This document shows, piece by piece, positions 20,481 to 29,134 of a DNA stretch of 64,000 bases. The notes below the pieces were generated by a model. It saw only the letters and a program-made list of their open reading frames with translations. It was not told the origin of the DNA and ran no database searches. This stretch comes from an uncultured Gemmatimonadota bacterium. GTDB taxonomy: Bacteria > Gemmatimonadota > Gemmatimonadetes > Gemmatimonadales > Gemmatimonadaceae. Position 1 is the first letter of the stretch, and each line of letters opens with the position of its first letter. The position numbers and the translations under genes are program-made. The DNA lies in NCBI GenBank assembly GCA_903882745.1, contig CAIRYG010000004.1, positions 28,699 through 92,698 on the forward strand, in the 5' to 3' direction.

Positions 20481-22039
20481 CCGCTTCCGCCGCGCCCAAG
20501 CCACACGCCAGCGAGATGTCATCCGAAATGCGCGCCATGACCAGCGACACGAGTTTCTTCGGTCATCCGAAGGGACTCTCGACGCTCTTCTTCACCGAGC
20601 TGTGGGAACGCTTCTCGTTCTACGGCATCCGCCCGCTGCTCGTGCTGTTCATGACAGCCGCGCTCACCAGCGGCGGCTTCGGCTTTGATCGCCCCAAGGC
20701 CTCGGCCATTGTCGGCATCTACGCGGCGTCGGTTTATCTCGCGTCGCTGCCCGGCGGCTGGATTGCCGATCGCTGGCTCGGCCTGCAGCGCTCCGTCTGG
20801 TACGGCGGCCTCCTGATTGCGCTCGGCCATCTCTCGATTGCCCTGTCGGCCGTCTTCCTGCATTCCGCATTCTTCCTCGGCCTCGTGCTGATCGTGCTCG
20901 GGACCGGACTGCTCAAGCCGAACATCTCGGCGATGGTCGGATCGCTGTATCCTGATGGCGGATCACGACGTGACGCCGCCTTCTCGATTTTCTACATGGG
21001 GATCAACTTCGGCGCGCTCGTGTCGCCGCTGGTCACCGGCTATCTCGGCGAACGTGTGGGCTGGCACTGGGGCTTCGGCGCCGCTGGCGTTGGCATGCTC
21101 GTCGGCCTCGTCTGGCTCCGCGCACGCCGTCAGAACACGCTGGGCCCCATTGGTGGCGAACCGACAACCGGCCAGGCCGAACGCATCAAGGTCCGCAACT
21201 ACACGATCGTTGGCATGGCGGTTGTGGTCGTTGGCCTCGCGCTCGCGATGACGGGCACCGTGACCATTGATCCGATCGCCGTCGCCAACTCGATGAAGTA
21301 CATCATCAGCGGGATCGCGATTGCCTACTTCGCCTTCTTATTCCTCTTCGCGGGACTCACCGGCGACGAGAAAAAGCGGATGGCCGTGATCATGGCGCTG
21401 TTCATGGGTGCGGTGGTCTTCTGGGCCGCGTTCGAGCAGGCGCCAACCTCGCTCAATCTGTTCGCCAAGGACTTCACCGATCGCAACATCTTCGGCTGGG
21501 AAATGCCGACGCTCTGGCTGCAGTCCGTGAACTCGGTCTTCATCGTCACGCTCGCGCCCGTTATGGCATGGCTCTGGGTGACCCTCGGCAAACGCAAGCT
21601 CGATCCGTCGAGCCCGGCCAAGTTCGCGGCTGGCTTGCTGATGACCGGACTTGGGTTCTGGATCATGGTCGCCGCCGCCAAGCTCGTGATTTCCGGCGGC
21701 GTCACCACGCGCGTCTCCGCCTGGTGGCTCATTGGGAGCTACATGTTGCAGTCGGTGGGTGAGCTCATGATCTCCCCCGTGGGCCTCAGCTCCATGACCG
21801 CCCTCGCCCCCAAGAAGTACGTGGGCCAGATGATGGGCGTCTGGTTCATGGCGACCTCGCTTGGCAACCTGATCGCCGGACTCGTTGGCGGACAGGTCAA
21901 CCCCGAGAACCTCGCCGAGATGCCCGCGCTGTTCAACTGGACCTCGCTCTCCCTCTTCGCCGGCGCTGCCGTGTTGGCCGCGCTTGTGATCCCGATTCGT
22001 CGGATGATGGCGACCACCGCCGAAGGGCGCGCGTCGTAA
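20477..22039 (+). CDS. Proton-dependent oligopeptide transporter (POT/PTR2 family, DtpT-like)
   Basis: FFGHPKGLSTLFFTELWERFSFYGIRPLLVLFM PTR2 signature, many TM segments. GTG 20477 overlaps the upstream stop. ATG 20516, 20528 or 20537 are alternative starts. Confidence 0.9.
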   Translation: MTASAAPKPHASEMSSEMRAMTSDTSFFGHPKGLSTLFFTELWERFSFYGIRPLLVLFMTAALTSGGFGFDRPKASAIVGIYAASVYLASLPGGWIADRWLGLQRSVWYGGLLIALGHLSIALSAVFLHSAFFLGLVLIVLGTGLLKPNISAMVGSLYPDGGSRRDAAFSIFYMGINFGALVSPLVTGYLGERVGWHWGFGAAGVGMLVGLVWLRARRQNTLGPIGGEPTTGQAERIKVRNYTIVGMAVVVVGLALAMTGTVTIDPIAVANSMKYIISGIAIAYFAFLFLFAGLTGDEKKRMAVIMALFMGAVVFWAAFEQAPTSLNLFAKDFTDRNIFGWEMPTLWLQSVNSVFIVTLAPVMAWLWVTLGKRKLDPSSPAKFAAGLLMTGLGFWIMVAAAKLVISGGVTTRVSAWWLIGSYMLQSVGELMISPVGLSSMTALAPKKYVGQMMGVWFMATSLGNLIAGLVGGQVNPENLAEMPALFNWTSLSLFAGAAVLAALVIPIRRMMATTAEGRAS

Positions 22040-22062
22040 CTCGGCCTATAGATAGGGCGTTA

Positions 22063-22091
22063 CGGATGGGGTGTTACGACTGCCCCATCCG
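22063..22091. terminator. Stem-loop between convergent POT gene and the coiled-coil gene
   Basis: cggatgggg-N11-ccccatccg, 9-bp stem. The right arm lies in the last codons of the minus-strand gene. Confidence 0.4.
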
Positions 22092-22631
22092 CTTCTTGAG
22101 CTCCTCAAGCTTCGCATCAGCGATTGCGTCCTGCTCCGCCCGACTCCGCTGACGGGCGAGTGCATCCAGTTCGCTGCGGAGTGCGGCGTGGTCCGGAAGA
22201 CCAAGCGCCTCGTCCGTTGGGGCGGAGCGCGGCGTCCCCGTTCCGACCCCCGCATTCGCGGCCTTGAGCGCAGTCATCATCTCCGCCAGCTCACGCGCGG
22301 CGAGCTCCGCTTCGGCTTCCTGTGCACCGAGCTTTCGCTCGAGGACCGCAATACGCTCACTGTGCTGCGCCTCAAATTTTGCCGCGAGCGCCACCGTCTC
22401 GGCGTCGTGAATATCCTCCGCAAGTTTCTTCCGCCGCTGCACCGTGACGAGTTGCTCGAGCTCGGCCGCCAAACGCTGGTGGGTGATGGCGACGCCCTGC
22501 TGCAGATCCTCGACGCCCAGTTTGGCGTGCACCATTGCCTGCTTCATGTCGGCGATTGCGGCCCGACGTTCCGTGGGGGCAACGCGTCCGTTCAGCAGGT
22601 CTTGAATGGCGTCTTTGAGCGATTCGAACAT
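22074..22631 (-). CDS. Coiled-coil protein, possibly PspA/IM30 family
   Basis: ORF 22074..22709 trimmed to ATG 22631 (MFESLKDAIQDLL). Heptad-rich and helical throughout. The C-terminus AKLEELKKRMGQS resembles the PspA C-terminus. The family call is weak. Confidence 0.5.
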   Translation of the reverse strand: MFESLKDAIQDLLNGRVAPTERRAAIADMKQAMVHAKLGVEDLQQGVAITHQRLAAELEQLVTVQRRKKLAEDIHDAETVALAAKFEAQHSERIAVLERKLGAQEAEAELAARELAEMMTALKAANAGVGTGTPRSAPTDEALGLPDHAALRSELDALARQRSRAEQDAIADAKLEELKKRMGQS

Positions 22632-22759
22632 CGGATCCGGAGCTGAGAGGGGTGTCCTCACTACGCGAGGGAGGCGCCGCGCGTTTCGATGTTGTAGCAT
22701 AGAGAGCACACGCGCGTCCTGTCGAGTGCGCCCGGCCCATTCCTACCATCCGATCTTCG

Positions 22760-23506
22760 TTGCGCCCTCTCATTGCCATCAGTGCCACGTCCCTGCCCGA
22801 CGCCGAAGGGGTTCACGCGCGCCTCAATGTGAACTACACCCATTCGCTCGAGCGCGCAGGGCTACTGCCGGTCATTATTCCGCCGCTTGCGGATCTCAGT
22901 TGTGCGGCGGAGATGATCGCCGGAACCGCTGGCCTGCTGCTCACCGGAGGCGAGGATGTCGACCCCGCACGCTACGGCGCGGCGGCGCACCCGGCCACAC
23001 AGCCGCCGAACATCGCCCGCGATGCCACCGAACTCGCCCTGCTCGCCGCCGCCCGTCAGGCGGGACGCCCTGTGCTTGGCATCTGCCGCGGCATTCAGCT
23101 GATCAACGTCGCCTTTGGCGGTACGCTGCTGCAGGACCTCCCCACCGAGCGTCCTTCGGAGGTCAATCACGACCCCAACTCTCCTGCCGGGGAGCGCTGT
23201 CACGGGGTCGACATTACCCCCGGGACTCGGCTCGCAGGAGCCCTTGGAGCAACGTCGGACCTGCGGGTGAACTCATACCATCATCAGGCGGTCGATCAGC
23301 CGGCACCGGGCTTTGCGGTGAGTGCCCGCGCGTCGGATGGCGTGATCGAAGCGATGGAGTACACCGACCGCGACTGGTGGTGCCTCGCCGTGCAGTGGCA
23401 TCCCGAAGATCTCACCGCTGACCCCCGCAGCGCAGACCGCGGAATCTTTCGCGCCTTCGCCGAAGCCGTGCAGACGCATCCGGCTCAGCCTAGGGGAAGT
23501 CGCTAA
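22760..23506 (+). CDS. Class I glutamine amidotransferase-like hydrolase (gamma-glutamyl-GABA hydrolase / peptidase C26 family)
   Basis: GGEDVDP, nucleophile elbow LGICRGIQLINV, SYHHQAV, AVQWHPE. TTG start. Confidence 0.85.
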   Translation: MRPLIAISATSLPDAEGVHARLNVNYTHSLERAGLLPVIIPPLADLSCAAEMIAGTAGLLLTGGEDVDPARYGAAAHPATQPPNIARDATELALLAAARQAGRPVLGICRGIQLINVAFGGTLLQDLPTERPSEVNHDPNSPAGERCHGVDITPGTRLAGALGATSDLRVNSYHHQAVDQPAPGFAVSARASDGVIEAMEYTDRDWWCLAVQWHPEDLTADPRSADRGIFRAFAEAVQTHPAQPRGSR

Positions 23507-23507
23507 C

Positions 23508-23909
23508 ATGGCGAGTCTTCGGCGCCTGCAGGCCAGCGTCTTCCTGGGCGTCATCACGCTGACCGCCGCTTGTGGCTTTGCTGGACTTGGCGAGCCCGCA
23601 CCCAAGGTCACCACCAACACAGCCACCACTGGCATCGACACCCCCGCAAGTGTCGCGATGGTCCCGCAAACGTCGAGAATCTCCCTCCGCGACAGCGTCC
23701 AGCTCGTCGCAACACCGATTCGAAGTTCGAATACCTCCGTGGGGAGCTTTCCGCCGACCACCTGGGCCTATGGCCCAGACTCGGTGGGCACGATCAGCGC
23801 GAACGCCGGCGCCAGTGTCTGGTTTCGGTCGCGGAAGCTGGGCGTCGCCACCGTGTATGCGCTTGTCGGTGGCGTCACGGGCGCCAGCGTGGTGACCGTC
23901 GTTCCCTAG
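23508..23909 (+). CDS. Small lipoprotein with a probable Ig-like (Big_2-type) domain
   Basis: Signal and lipobox LTAACG. Beta-rich 133-aa ORF starting 1 nt after the upstream stop. The domain call is tentative. Confidence 0.55.
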   Translation: MASLRRLQASVFLGVITLTAACGFAGLGEPAPKVTTNTATTGIDTPASVAMVPQTSRISLRDSVQLVATPIRSSNTSVGSFPPTTWAYGPDSVGTISANAGASVWFRSRKLGVATVYALVGGVTGASVVTVVP

Positions 23910-24036
23910 GCAGCATCCGCGACGGACACGAGCGGCTCGCTCGACAAAGCCCCCGCTCGCCAAATGCCCACCCGTAGCGACAGACCGCTCGTAGTGCCTA
24001 GCTTTCCAGTTCACCCACCTCAGGTCCAATAGCCGC

Positions 24037-24798
24037 GTGCTGTATATCTGCATCCCGTCGTACAACGAAGCGCCGACCGTCGGCGTGTTGCTCTGGCGCA
24101 TCCGCAAGGTGTTCCAGGACTACTCGCGCGAATACGAGGTGCTGGTCTACGACGACGCGAGCACCGACGGCACCGTCGAAGCACTCGAGCCGTACAAGAA
24201 GGTGATGCCAGTCTCGGTGATCAGCGGCAAGGAACGGGTCGGGTACGCGAAAGCCACCGAGGCGCTACTGCGCGCGGCGAGTGATCGCACCCGCTATCCG
24301 CGCCGCGATGCGGTGATCATGATGCAGGCCGACTTCACCGACCAGCCCGAGCATCTCCCTGAACTCGTCAAGCGTTTTGAGGGGGGCGCCGACATCGTGG
24401 TGGGCGAGCGGGTCCCCTCCGAAAGCGCGCCGGAAGCGGTCAAGCAGCTCGGCAAGTATGTGCGCTGGGTCCCAATGTTCTGGCCGATTCGTCGCCTGGT
24501 GACAGTCCCGGGCGTCAAGGATCCGTTCGCGGGCTATCGCCTGTTCCGCATCAGCCTCGTTCGCGACCTACTCAAAGCAGGTGTCCTCCCTGCGGCCGAC
24601 GCCCCAGTGTGGACCGCCAACATGGAACTGCTACGCGAAGCCGCACCGATGGCGCGCCGGATTGAATCCGTTCCGCTTGAGTCGCGCTGGGACCTGCGAC
24701 CACGCGAGAGTCGCGTACAGGCATGGCCTGACGCCGTCGATCTCGTGAAGCGTAGCTGGGCCGCCCGCGGTCGCCGAACCCCAACGCCAGCCGCGTGA
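24037..24798 (+). CDS. Family 2 glycosyltransferase (dolichol/polyprenol-phosphate sugar synthase-like)
   Basis: N-terminus LYICIPSYNEAPTVG and YDDASTDGT (GT2 DxD region). GTG start. Confidence 0.8.
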   Translation: MLYICIPSYNEAPTVGVLLWRIRKVFQDYSREYEVLVYDDASTDGTVEALEPYKKVMPVSVISGKERVGYAKATEALLRAASDRTRYPRRDAVIMMQADFTDQPEHLPELVKRFEGGADIVVGERVPSESAPEAVKQLGKYVRWVPMFWPIRRLVTVPGVKDPFAGYRLFRISLVRDLLKAGVLPAADAPVWTANMELLREAAPMARRIESVPLESRWDLRPRESRVQAWPDAVDLVKRSWAARGRRTPTPAA

Positions 24799-25661
24799 GG
24801 GCTCGTCTCGCGGCGCGCCTTGCGACTCGGCTCGCGACGCGCGCTGTCGCGCTCGCGTCTGCACTGCAACTGGCGGTTGGGATAGCTGCCGCACCTGCAG
24901 CGCCTACCGCGCTCCTCGCGCAGGGCACGACGGCAGCGCGCCCCGTGGCCCCCATGGCTACCGTGCCGTGGAGCAAAGGGGAGTTCCTCGAGTACACCCT
25001 AAAGGTCGGGTTCCTCGAGGCCGGCTCCGGTCGCATGATGGTTCTCGGACTCGACACCCTGCGCGGCCGCACCGCCTGGCGACTCCGCTTCAACATCACC
25101 GGCGGCATTCCGGGTGTGCGGATCGACGATTCGTACGACAGCTTCCTCGACACGCAATCGCTCAACTCCCTGCGCTTCGTGCAGGACCTGAACGAGCTGG
25201 GGAATGCCAAGCTGCGAATTTACGACATCTTTCCTGATCGAAAGCTCTTTCTCGAGCACGGCAAGGGCGAGCGCCCATCGGTCGACGCGCCACTCGACGA
25301 TGCCTCGTTCTTCTTCTTCCTGCGTACCATTCCACTCGACGTAGGCAAACGGTACGAGTTCAACCGCTACTTCGATCCGAACGCCAATCCCGTCGTCATC
25401 CAGGTGCTCCGCAAGGAACGGGTCACCGTTCCCGCCGGCACCTTCGACGCCATTGTGATTCGCCCCATTATCAAGACCAGCGGGCTCTTTGCCGAAGGCG
25501 GTCGCGCCGAAATCTGGCTCTCCGACGACGAGCGCCACCTGCTGCTCCGCATGAATGTGAAGCTCGGCTCTATCGCCTCGCTGAGCCTGGCGCTGCGCAA
25601 GATGCAAAATGTTATGCCCCTGCGATCCACGAACCCGAACGACTCCACCAAGCGTCCCTGA
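24795..25661 (+). CDS. DUF3108-like secreted protein
   Basis: Signal-like N-terminus. KGEFLEYTLKVGFLEAGSGRMMV resembles the DUF3108 opening motif. GTGA overlap with the GT2 stop. Confidence 0.55.
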   Translation: MRARLAARLATRLATRAVALASALQLAVGIAAAPAAPTALLAQGTTAARPVAPMATVPWSKGEFLEYTLKVGFLEAGSGRMMVLGLDTLRGRTAWRLRFNITGGIPGVRIDDSYDSFLDTQSLNSLRFVQDLNELGNAKLRIYDIFPDRKLFLEHGKGERPSVDAPLDDASFFFFLRTIPLDVGKRYEFNRYFDPNANPVVIQVLRKERVTVPAGTFDAIVIRPIIKTSGLFAEGGRAEIWLSDDERHLLLRMNVKLGSIASLSLALRKMQNVMPLRSTNPNDSTKRP

Positions 25662-25668
25662 GGGCACC

Positions 25669-26631
25669 GTGAGCGATGCGCCGCGCGAAGCCGATCTGTC
25701 CAAGATCCGCACCATCCCCATCTCTGGCCGCGCCAACAAGGTGCGCGCCGAAGACTTCTCGCGCCCACCGGGTAAGGATCGCTCCTTCCACGCCTTCCTC
25801 GACGCGATGCCCGACGTGCTCGTCGCGCGCGATTTCCGCAACGTCGTTGCCGCCATTGCCTCGGCCGCTCGCGCTGAGCGCGGCGTGGTGCTCATGCTCG
25901 GCGGCCATATCGTCAAAACGGGGCTCGCCCCGGTGCTCATCGACCTGATGCGCCGCGGCGTGATCACCCACCTCGCCATGAATGGCTCCGCCGCCATTCA
26001 CGACTACGAGATGGCCCGATTCGGCGGCACCTCCGAGGACGTCGCCGCTGGCCTGCGTGACGGTTCTTTCGGCATGGCCGAAGAAACCGGGCGCGGCCTC
26101 AATGAGGCCTTCGTGAAGGGGATGGCCGAGGAGCGCGGAATGGGGGAATCGGTGGCGCGCGCGATCGCCGCCGATGGCACCGCGGCGCACCCCGAACTGA
26201 GCGTGATCCTGAACGCCTGGCGGATGGACATTCCGGTCACCGTCCACGCGGCGCTGGGGGCGGAGATCATTCATCAGCACCCGGCCGCCAACGGCGCTGC
26301 GATCGGCGACACCAGCCACCGCGACTTCCGCCGACTCGCCGCCAGCCTGGAGACGCTCGATCAGGGCGGCGTCGCCCTCAACTGCGGGAGCGCGGTGATC
26401 ATGCCCGAGGTCTTCCTCAAGGCGCTCACCATCGCCCGGAACCTGAACGAGGGAGCACCACGCAACTTCGTGACGGTCGACCTCGACATGCAGCGCCACT
26501 ACCGGCCGCGCGTGAGCGTCGTGCAGCGACCAACTATCGATTCAGGGAAGGGGTACGAGATCACGGGACACCATGAGATCATGGTGCCGATGCTCTGCTG
26601 GGCGGTGGCCGACGCACTCGACGTGGGCTAA
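25669..26631 (+). CDS. Deoxyhypusine-synthase-like (DHS-like NAD-binding fold) protein
   Basis: ORF 25609..26631 trimmed to GTG 25669, after the upstream stop. Segments VLMLGGHIVKTGLAPVLIDLMRRGVITHLAMNGSAAIHDYE, IPVTVHAALGAEIIHQH and GVALNCGSAVIMPE are colinear with my memory of DHS blocks (LGYTSNLISSG...VDVLVTTAGGVEED, IPVFSPALTDG, IILGGGVVKH). Confidence 0.5.
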   Translation: MSDAPREADLSKIRTIPISGRANKVRAEDFSRPPGKDRSFHAFLDAMPDVLVARDFRNVVAAIASAARAERGVVLMLGGHIVKTGLAPVLIDLMRRGVITHLAMNGSAAIHDYEMARFGGTSEDVAAGLRDGSFGMAEETGRGLNEAFVKGMAEERGMGESVARAIAADGTAAHPELSVILNAWRMDIPVTVHAALGAEIIHQHPAANGAAIGDTSHRDFRRLAASLETLDQGGVALNCGSAVIMPEVFLKALTIARNLNEGAPRNFVTVDLDMQRHYRPRVSVVQRPTIDSGKGYEITGHHEIMVPMLCWAVADALDVG

Positions 26632-26660
26632 CGGCCCGCCCGACAACACCCGGGCTCCAG

Positions 26661-26876
26661 CTACCGCCCGAACCGCTCCCGCAGCTCTCGCGCCGTGCTC
26701 GGACTCACGATCCGGATCACGAAGTACACGATTGCGCCCACGACCAGCAGACGTAGCGCGATCCCCACGATCGAGAAGAACAGCCCCAGCACCACGCCGA
26801 ACAGGCCGAAGGCAAGCTGCAGGACAAACAGGCCCACAACGGCCATAATGCCTACGGTAAACAGGGTGCGGAGCAT
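26661..26876 (-). CDS. Small two-TM membrane protein
   Basis: 71-aa ORF. Two hydrophobic helices (TVGIMAVVGLFVLQLAFGLFGVV, IVGIALRLLVVGAIVYFVI) and a basic C-terminal tail. Confidence 0.6.
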   Translation of the reverse strand: MLRTLFTVGIMAVVGLFVLQLAFGLFGVVLGLFFSIVGIALRLLVVGAIVYFVIRIVSPSTARELRERFGR

Positions 26877-27016
26877 GGTGGGGTCCTTGGTGGGGTCTGA
26901 TGCCCCTACGGCACAGGGCCTGCCACGGTTTCATCGTACGTGTATTCGACGAACTGGCCTCCCCGCTGCATCCCGCAGGATTCAGCGCCACCGTGGCGAT
27001 CAGGACCGGATAATTA

Positions 27017-27047
27017 GTAACCGTCTAACCATCAAAATACCGGTTAC
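27017..27047. promoter_or_regulatory. Inverted repeat GTAACCG-N17-CGGTTAC in an AT-rich island upstream of lipA
   Basis: Read directly. It lies in the 260-nt divergent intergenic region 26877-27137 and is the only AT-rich patch there. Confidence 0.25.
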
Positions 27048-27137
27048 ACCCTATTGGCGCGGACTGAACACACCTCGTAGATTCTTCTGCATCAGCGAGT
27101 TGCGAGCAGTGTCGTGCCCTGAACCACTGGAGCCCCG

Positions 27138-28046
27138 ATGGGCGAACACCTGTACCAGATCCTCGGACGCCATCGTGCACCGGCGCTCCCCGACCGCAAG
27201 CCGTCATGGCTCAAGGTCAAGGCGCCAGGTGGTAAGTCGTACCTACATCTCAAGAACATGATGAAGGAGCTGGACCTCCATACTGTATGCGAGGAGGCCC
27301 ACTGCCCCAACATTGGCGAGTGCTGGGACCACGGCACCGCCACCTTCATGATCCTCGGCGACGTCTGCACCCGAAACTGCGCCTACTGCGCCGTCGCACA
27401 CGGACGCCCGCCAAAGTTCGACCCCGCCGAGCCGAGCCGCGTGGCGGACGCCGCGGAAAAGATGAACCTCCGCCACCTGGTCATCACCTCGGTGGACCGC
27501 GACGATCTGCCCGACTTCGGCGCATGGGCCTTTGCCGAAGTCATCCGGCAGGTACACGAGCGCGTGCCGACCTGCTCCGTTGAAGTGCTCGTCCCGGACT
27601 TCCAGGGGAACGAGGACTCCATCCGCACCGTCCTCGAAGCGCGTCCGGAGATCTACAACCACAACACCGAAACCGTCCCGCGCCTCTACAAGAAGGCCCG
27701 CCCCGGCGGCCGCTACGAGCGCGTGAAGGAAATTTTCCGTTTCGCCAAGTCCGTGGCCCCTGACATCCCCACCAAAACAGGGATCATCCTCGGCATGGGC
27801 GAAACCAACGAGGAAGTCCTCGACACCATGCGCGACCTGCGCACGGTCGACGTCGACATCCTGACACTCGGCCAGTACCTCAAGCCGAGTAACGATCACA
27901 TCGCTCTCGACCGCTACGTGACCCCGGAAGAATTCCGGATGTTCTATGAAGCCGGCATGACGATGGGGTTCAAGCACGTCGAGAGCGCTCCCTTGGTGCG
28001 TTCGAGCTACCACGCTTGGGAGCAGGTGCAGGCGGCCGGGGTCTAA
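27138..28046 (+). CDS. lipA: Lipoyl synthase (radical SAM)
   Basis: CEEAHCPNIGECW auxiliary-cluster motif and CTRNCAYC radical-SAM CxxxCxxC motif. Confidence 0.95.
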   Translation: MGEHLYQILGRHRAPALPDRKPSWLKVKAPGGKSYLHLKNMMKELDLHTVCEEAHCPNIGECWDHGTATFMILGDVCTRNCAYCAVAHGRPPKFDPAEPSRVADAAEKMNLRHLVITSVDRDDLPDFGAWAFAEVIRQVHERVPTCSVEVLVPDFQGNEDSIRTVLEARPEIYNHNTETVPRLYKKARPGGRYERVKEIFRFAKSVAPDIPTKTGIILGMGETNEEVLDTMRDLRTVDVDILTLGQYLKPSNDHIALDRYVTPEEFRMFYEAGMTMGFKHVESAPLVRSSYHAWEQVQAAGV

Positions 28047-28064
28047 CCCGGCCGTTCTTTTATT
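28033..28064 (+). terminator. Rho-independent-type terminator overlapping the lipA stop
   Basis: cggccggg-gtctaa-cccggccg (8-bp stem) followed by ttcttttatt. Confidence 0.5.
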
Positions 28065-28111
28065 AACCGCACGCCCCTCGGCATTCGGCGCGCGCTCACC
28101 ACACGATCGCA

Positions 28112-29131
28112 ATGGCAAGCAAGAAAAAGTCGGACCCCTCAGGCGACGCGACGCTCCACCGCGAGTTGCTGCACTCCATGATTTTGCAGCGCCGCTTCGA
28201 GGAGAAAGTCGCCGAAGCCTACGCGCTCGGAAAGATTGGTGGCTTCTGCCACCTCTACATCGGGCAGGAAGCCGTCGGCACGGGCGTGATGTCCGAGCTG
28301 CGCCACGATGACTACGTCATTACCACCTATCGCGATCATGGCCAGGCGCTCGCGCGCGGCATGAGTGCGCGAAGCGTGATGGCTGAACTCTTCGGCCGTA
28401 TCGACGGCTGCTCGCGCGGCAAGGGTGGCTCTATGCACCTGTTCGACCGCAGCGTGGGGTTCCTCGGCGGTCACGGGATTGTGGGCGGCCATGTGCCGAT
28501 CGCCACCGGCGTCGCCTTCGCGATCAAGTATCGCGGCGGCGACCAGTGCATTGTCTGCTTTATGGGTGAGGCCGCCGTGAACAACGGCGCCTTCCACGAG
28601 TCGCTCAACATGGCGGGGCTGTGGAAGCTTCCCGTGGTGTACGTGATCGAGAACAACCGCTACGGAATGGGCACCGCCATGAACCGCGCGAGTTCTATCG
28701 CCGAGATGTACAAGCGCGGCGAGACCTACTCGATTCACAGCGAAGAGGTGGACGGCCAGGATGTGTTCGCCGTCCGCGAGGCAATGTCCGCTGCCGTGGC
28801 GCGTGCGCGCAAGAACTACGAGCCCACGCTGCTCGAGATTAAGACCTACCGCTTCATGGGACACTCCATGAGCGACGCGGTCTCCGGCACCTACCGCTCG
28901 AAGGCCGAGCTCGAAGAGTACATGAAGCGCGACCCGATCAATCTGCTCAAGGCCAAGATGACCGCCGATGGGACGATGCGCGAGAATCTCGTGGCCGAGA
29001 TTGAGCAGGAGATTGCGGCGACGGTGCAGGATTCGTGGGACTATGCGGATGCCAGCCCCGAACCGCCGATCGAGGCGCTCTACGAGGATGTGCTCGTAGA
29101 AACGACCTCCGACACCACGCAGGAGGGCTGA
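28112..29131 (+). CDS. pdhA: Pyruvate dehydrogenase E1 alpha subunit (TPP-dependent)
   Basis: YRDHGQALARG, GKGGSMHLF, TPP-binding GEAAVNNGAFHESLNMAGLWKLPVVYVIENNRYGMGT. Confidence 0.9.
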   Translation: MASKKKSDPSGDATLHRELLHSMILQRRFEEKVAEAYALGKIGGFCHLYIGQEAVGTGVMSELRHDDYVITTYRDHGQALARGMSARSVMAELFGRIDGCSRGKGGSMHLFDRSVGFLGGHGIVGGHVPIATGVAFAIKYRGGDQCIVCFMGEAAVNNGAFHESLNMAGLWKLPVVYVIENNRYGMGTAMNRASSIAEMYKRGETYSIHSEEVDGQDVFAVREAMSAAVARARKNYEPTLLEIKTYRFMGHSMSDAVSGTYRSKAELEEYMKRDPINLLKAKMTADGTMRENLVAEIEQEIAATVQDSWDYADASPEPPIEALYEDVLVETTSDTTQEG

Positions 29132-29134
29132 CCC

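Noticed and set aside
26877-27016. Possible small RNA (SRP/6S-like) or tRNA in the 260-nt spacer before lipA. I also looked in 58841-59151 and 61210-61423.
   Set aside because: I found no tRNA cloverleaf hallmarks (no GTTCGAATC-type T-arm), no SRP domain-IV consensus, and only short local palindromes (for example cgccac-c-gtggcg at 26986-26998).
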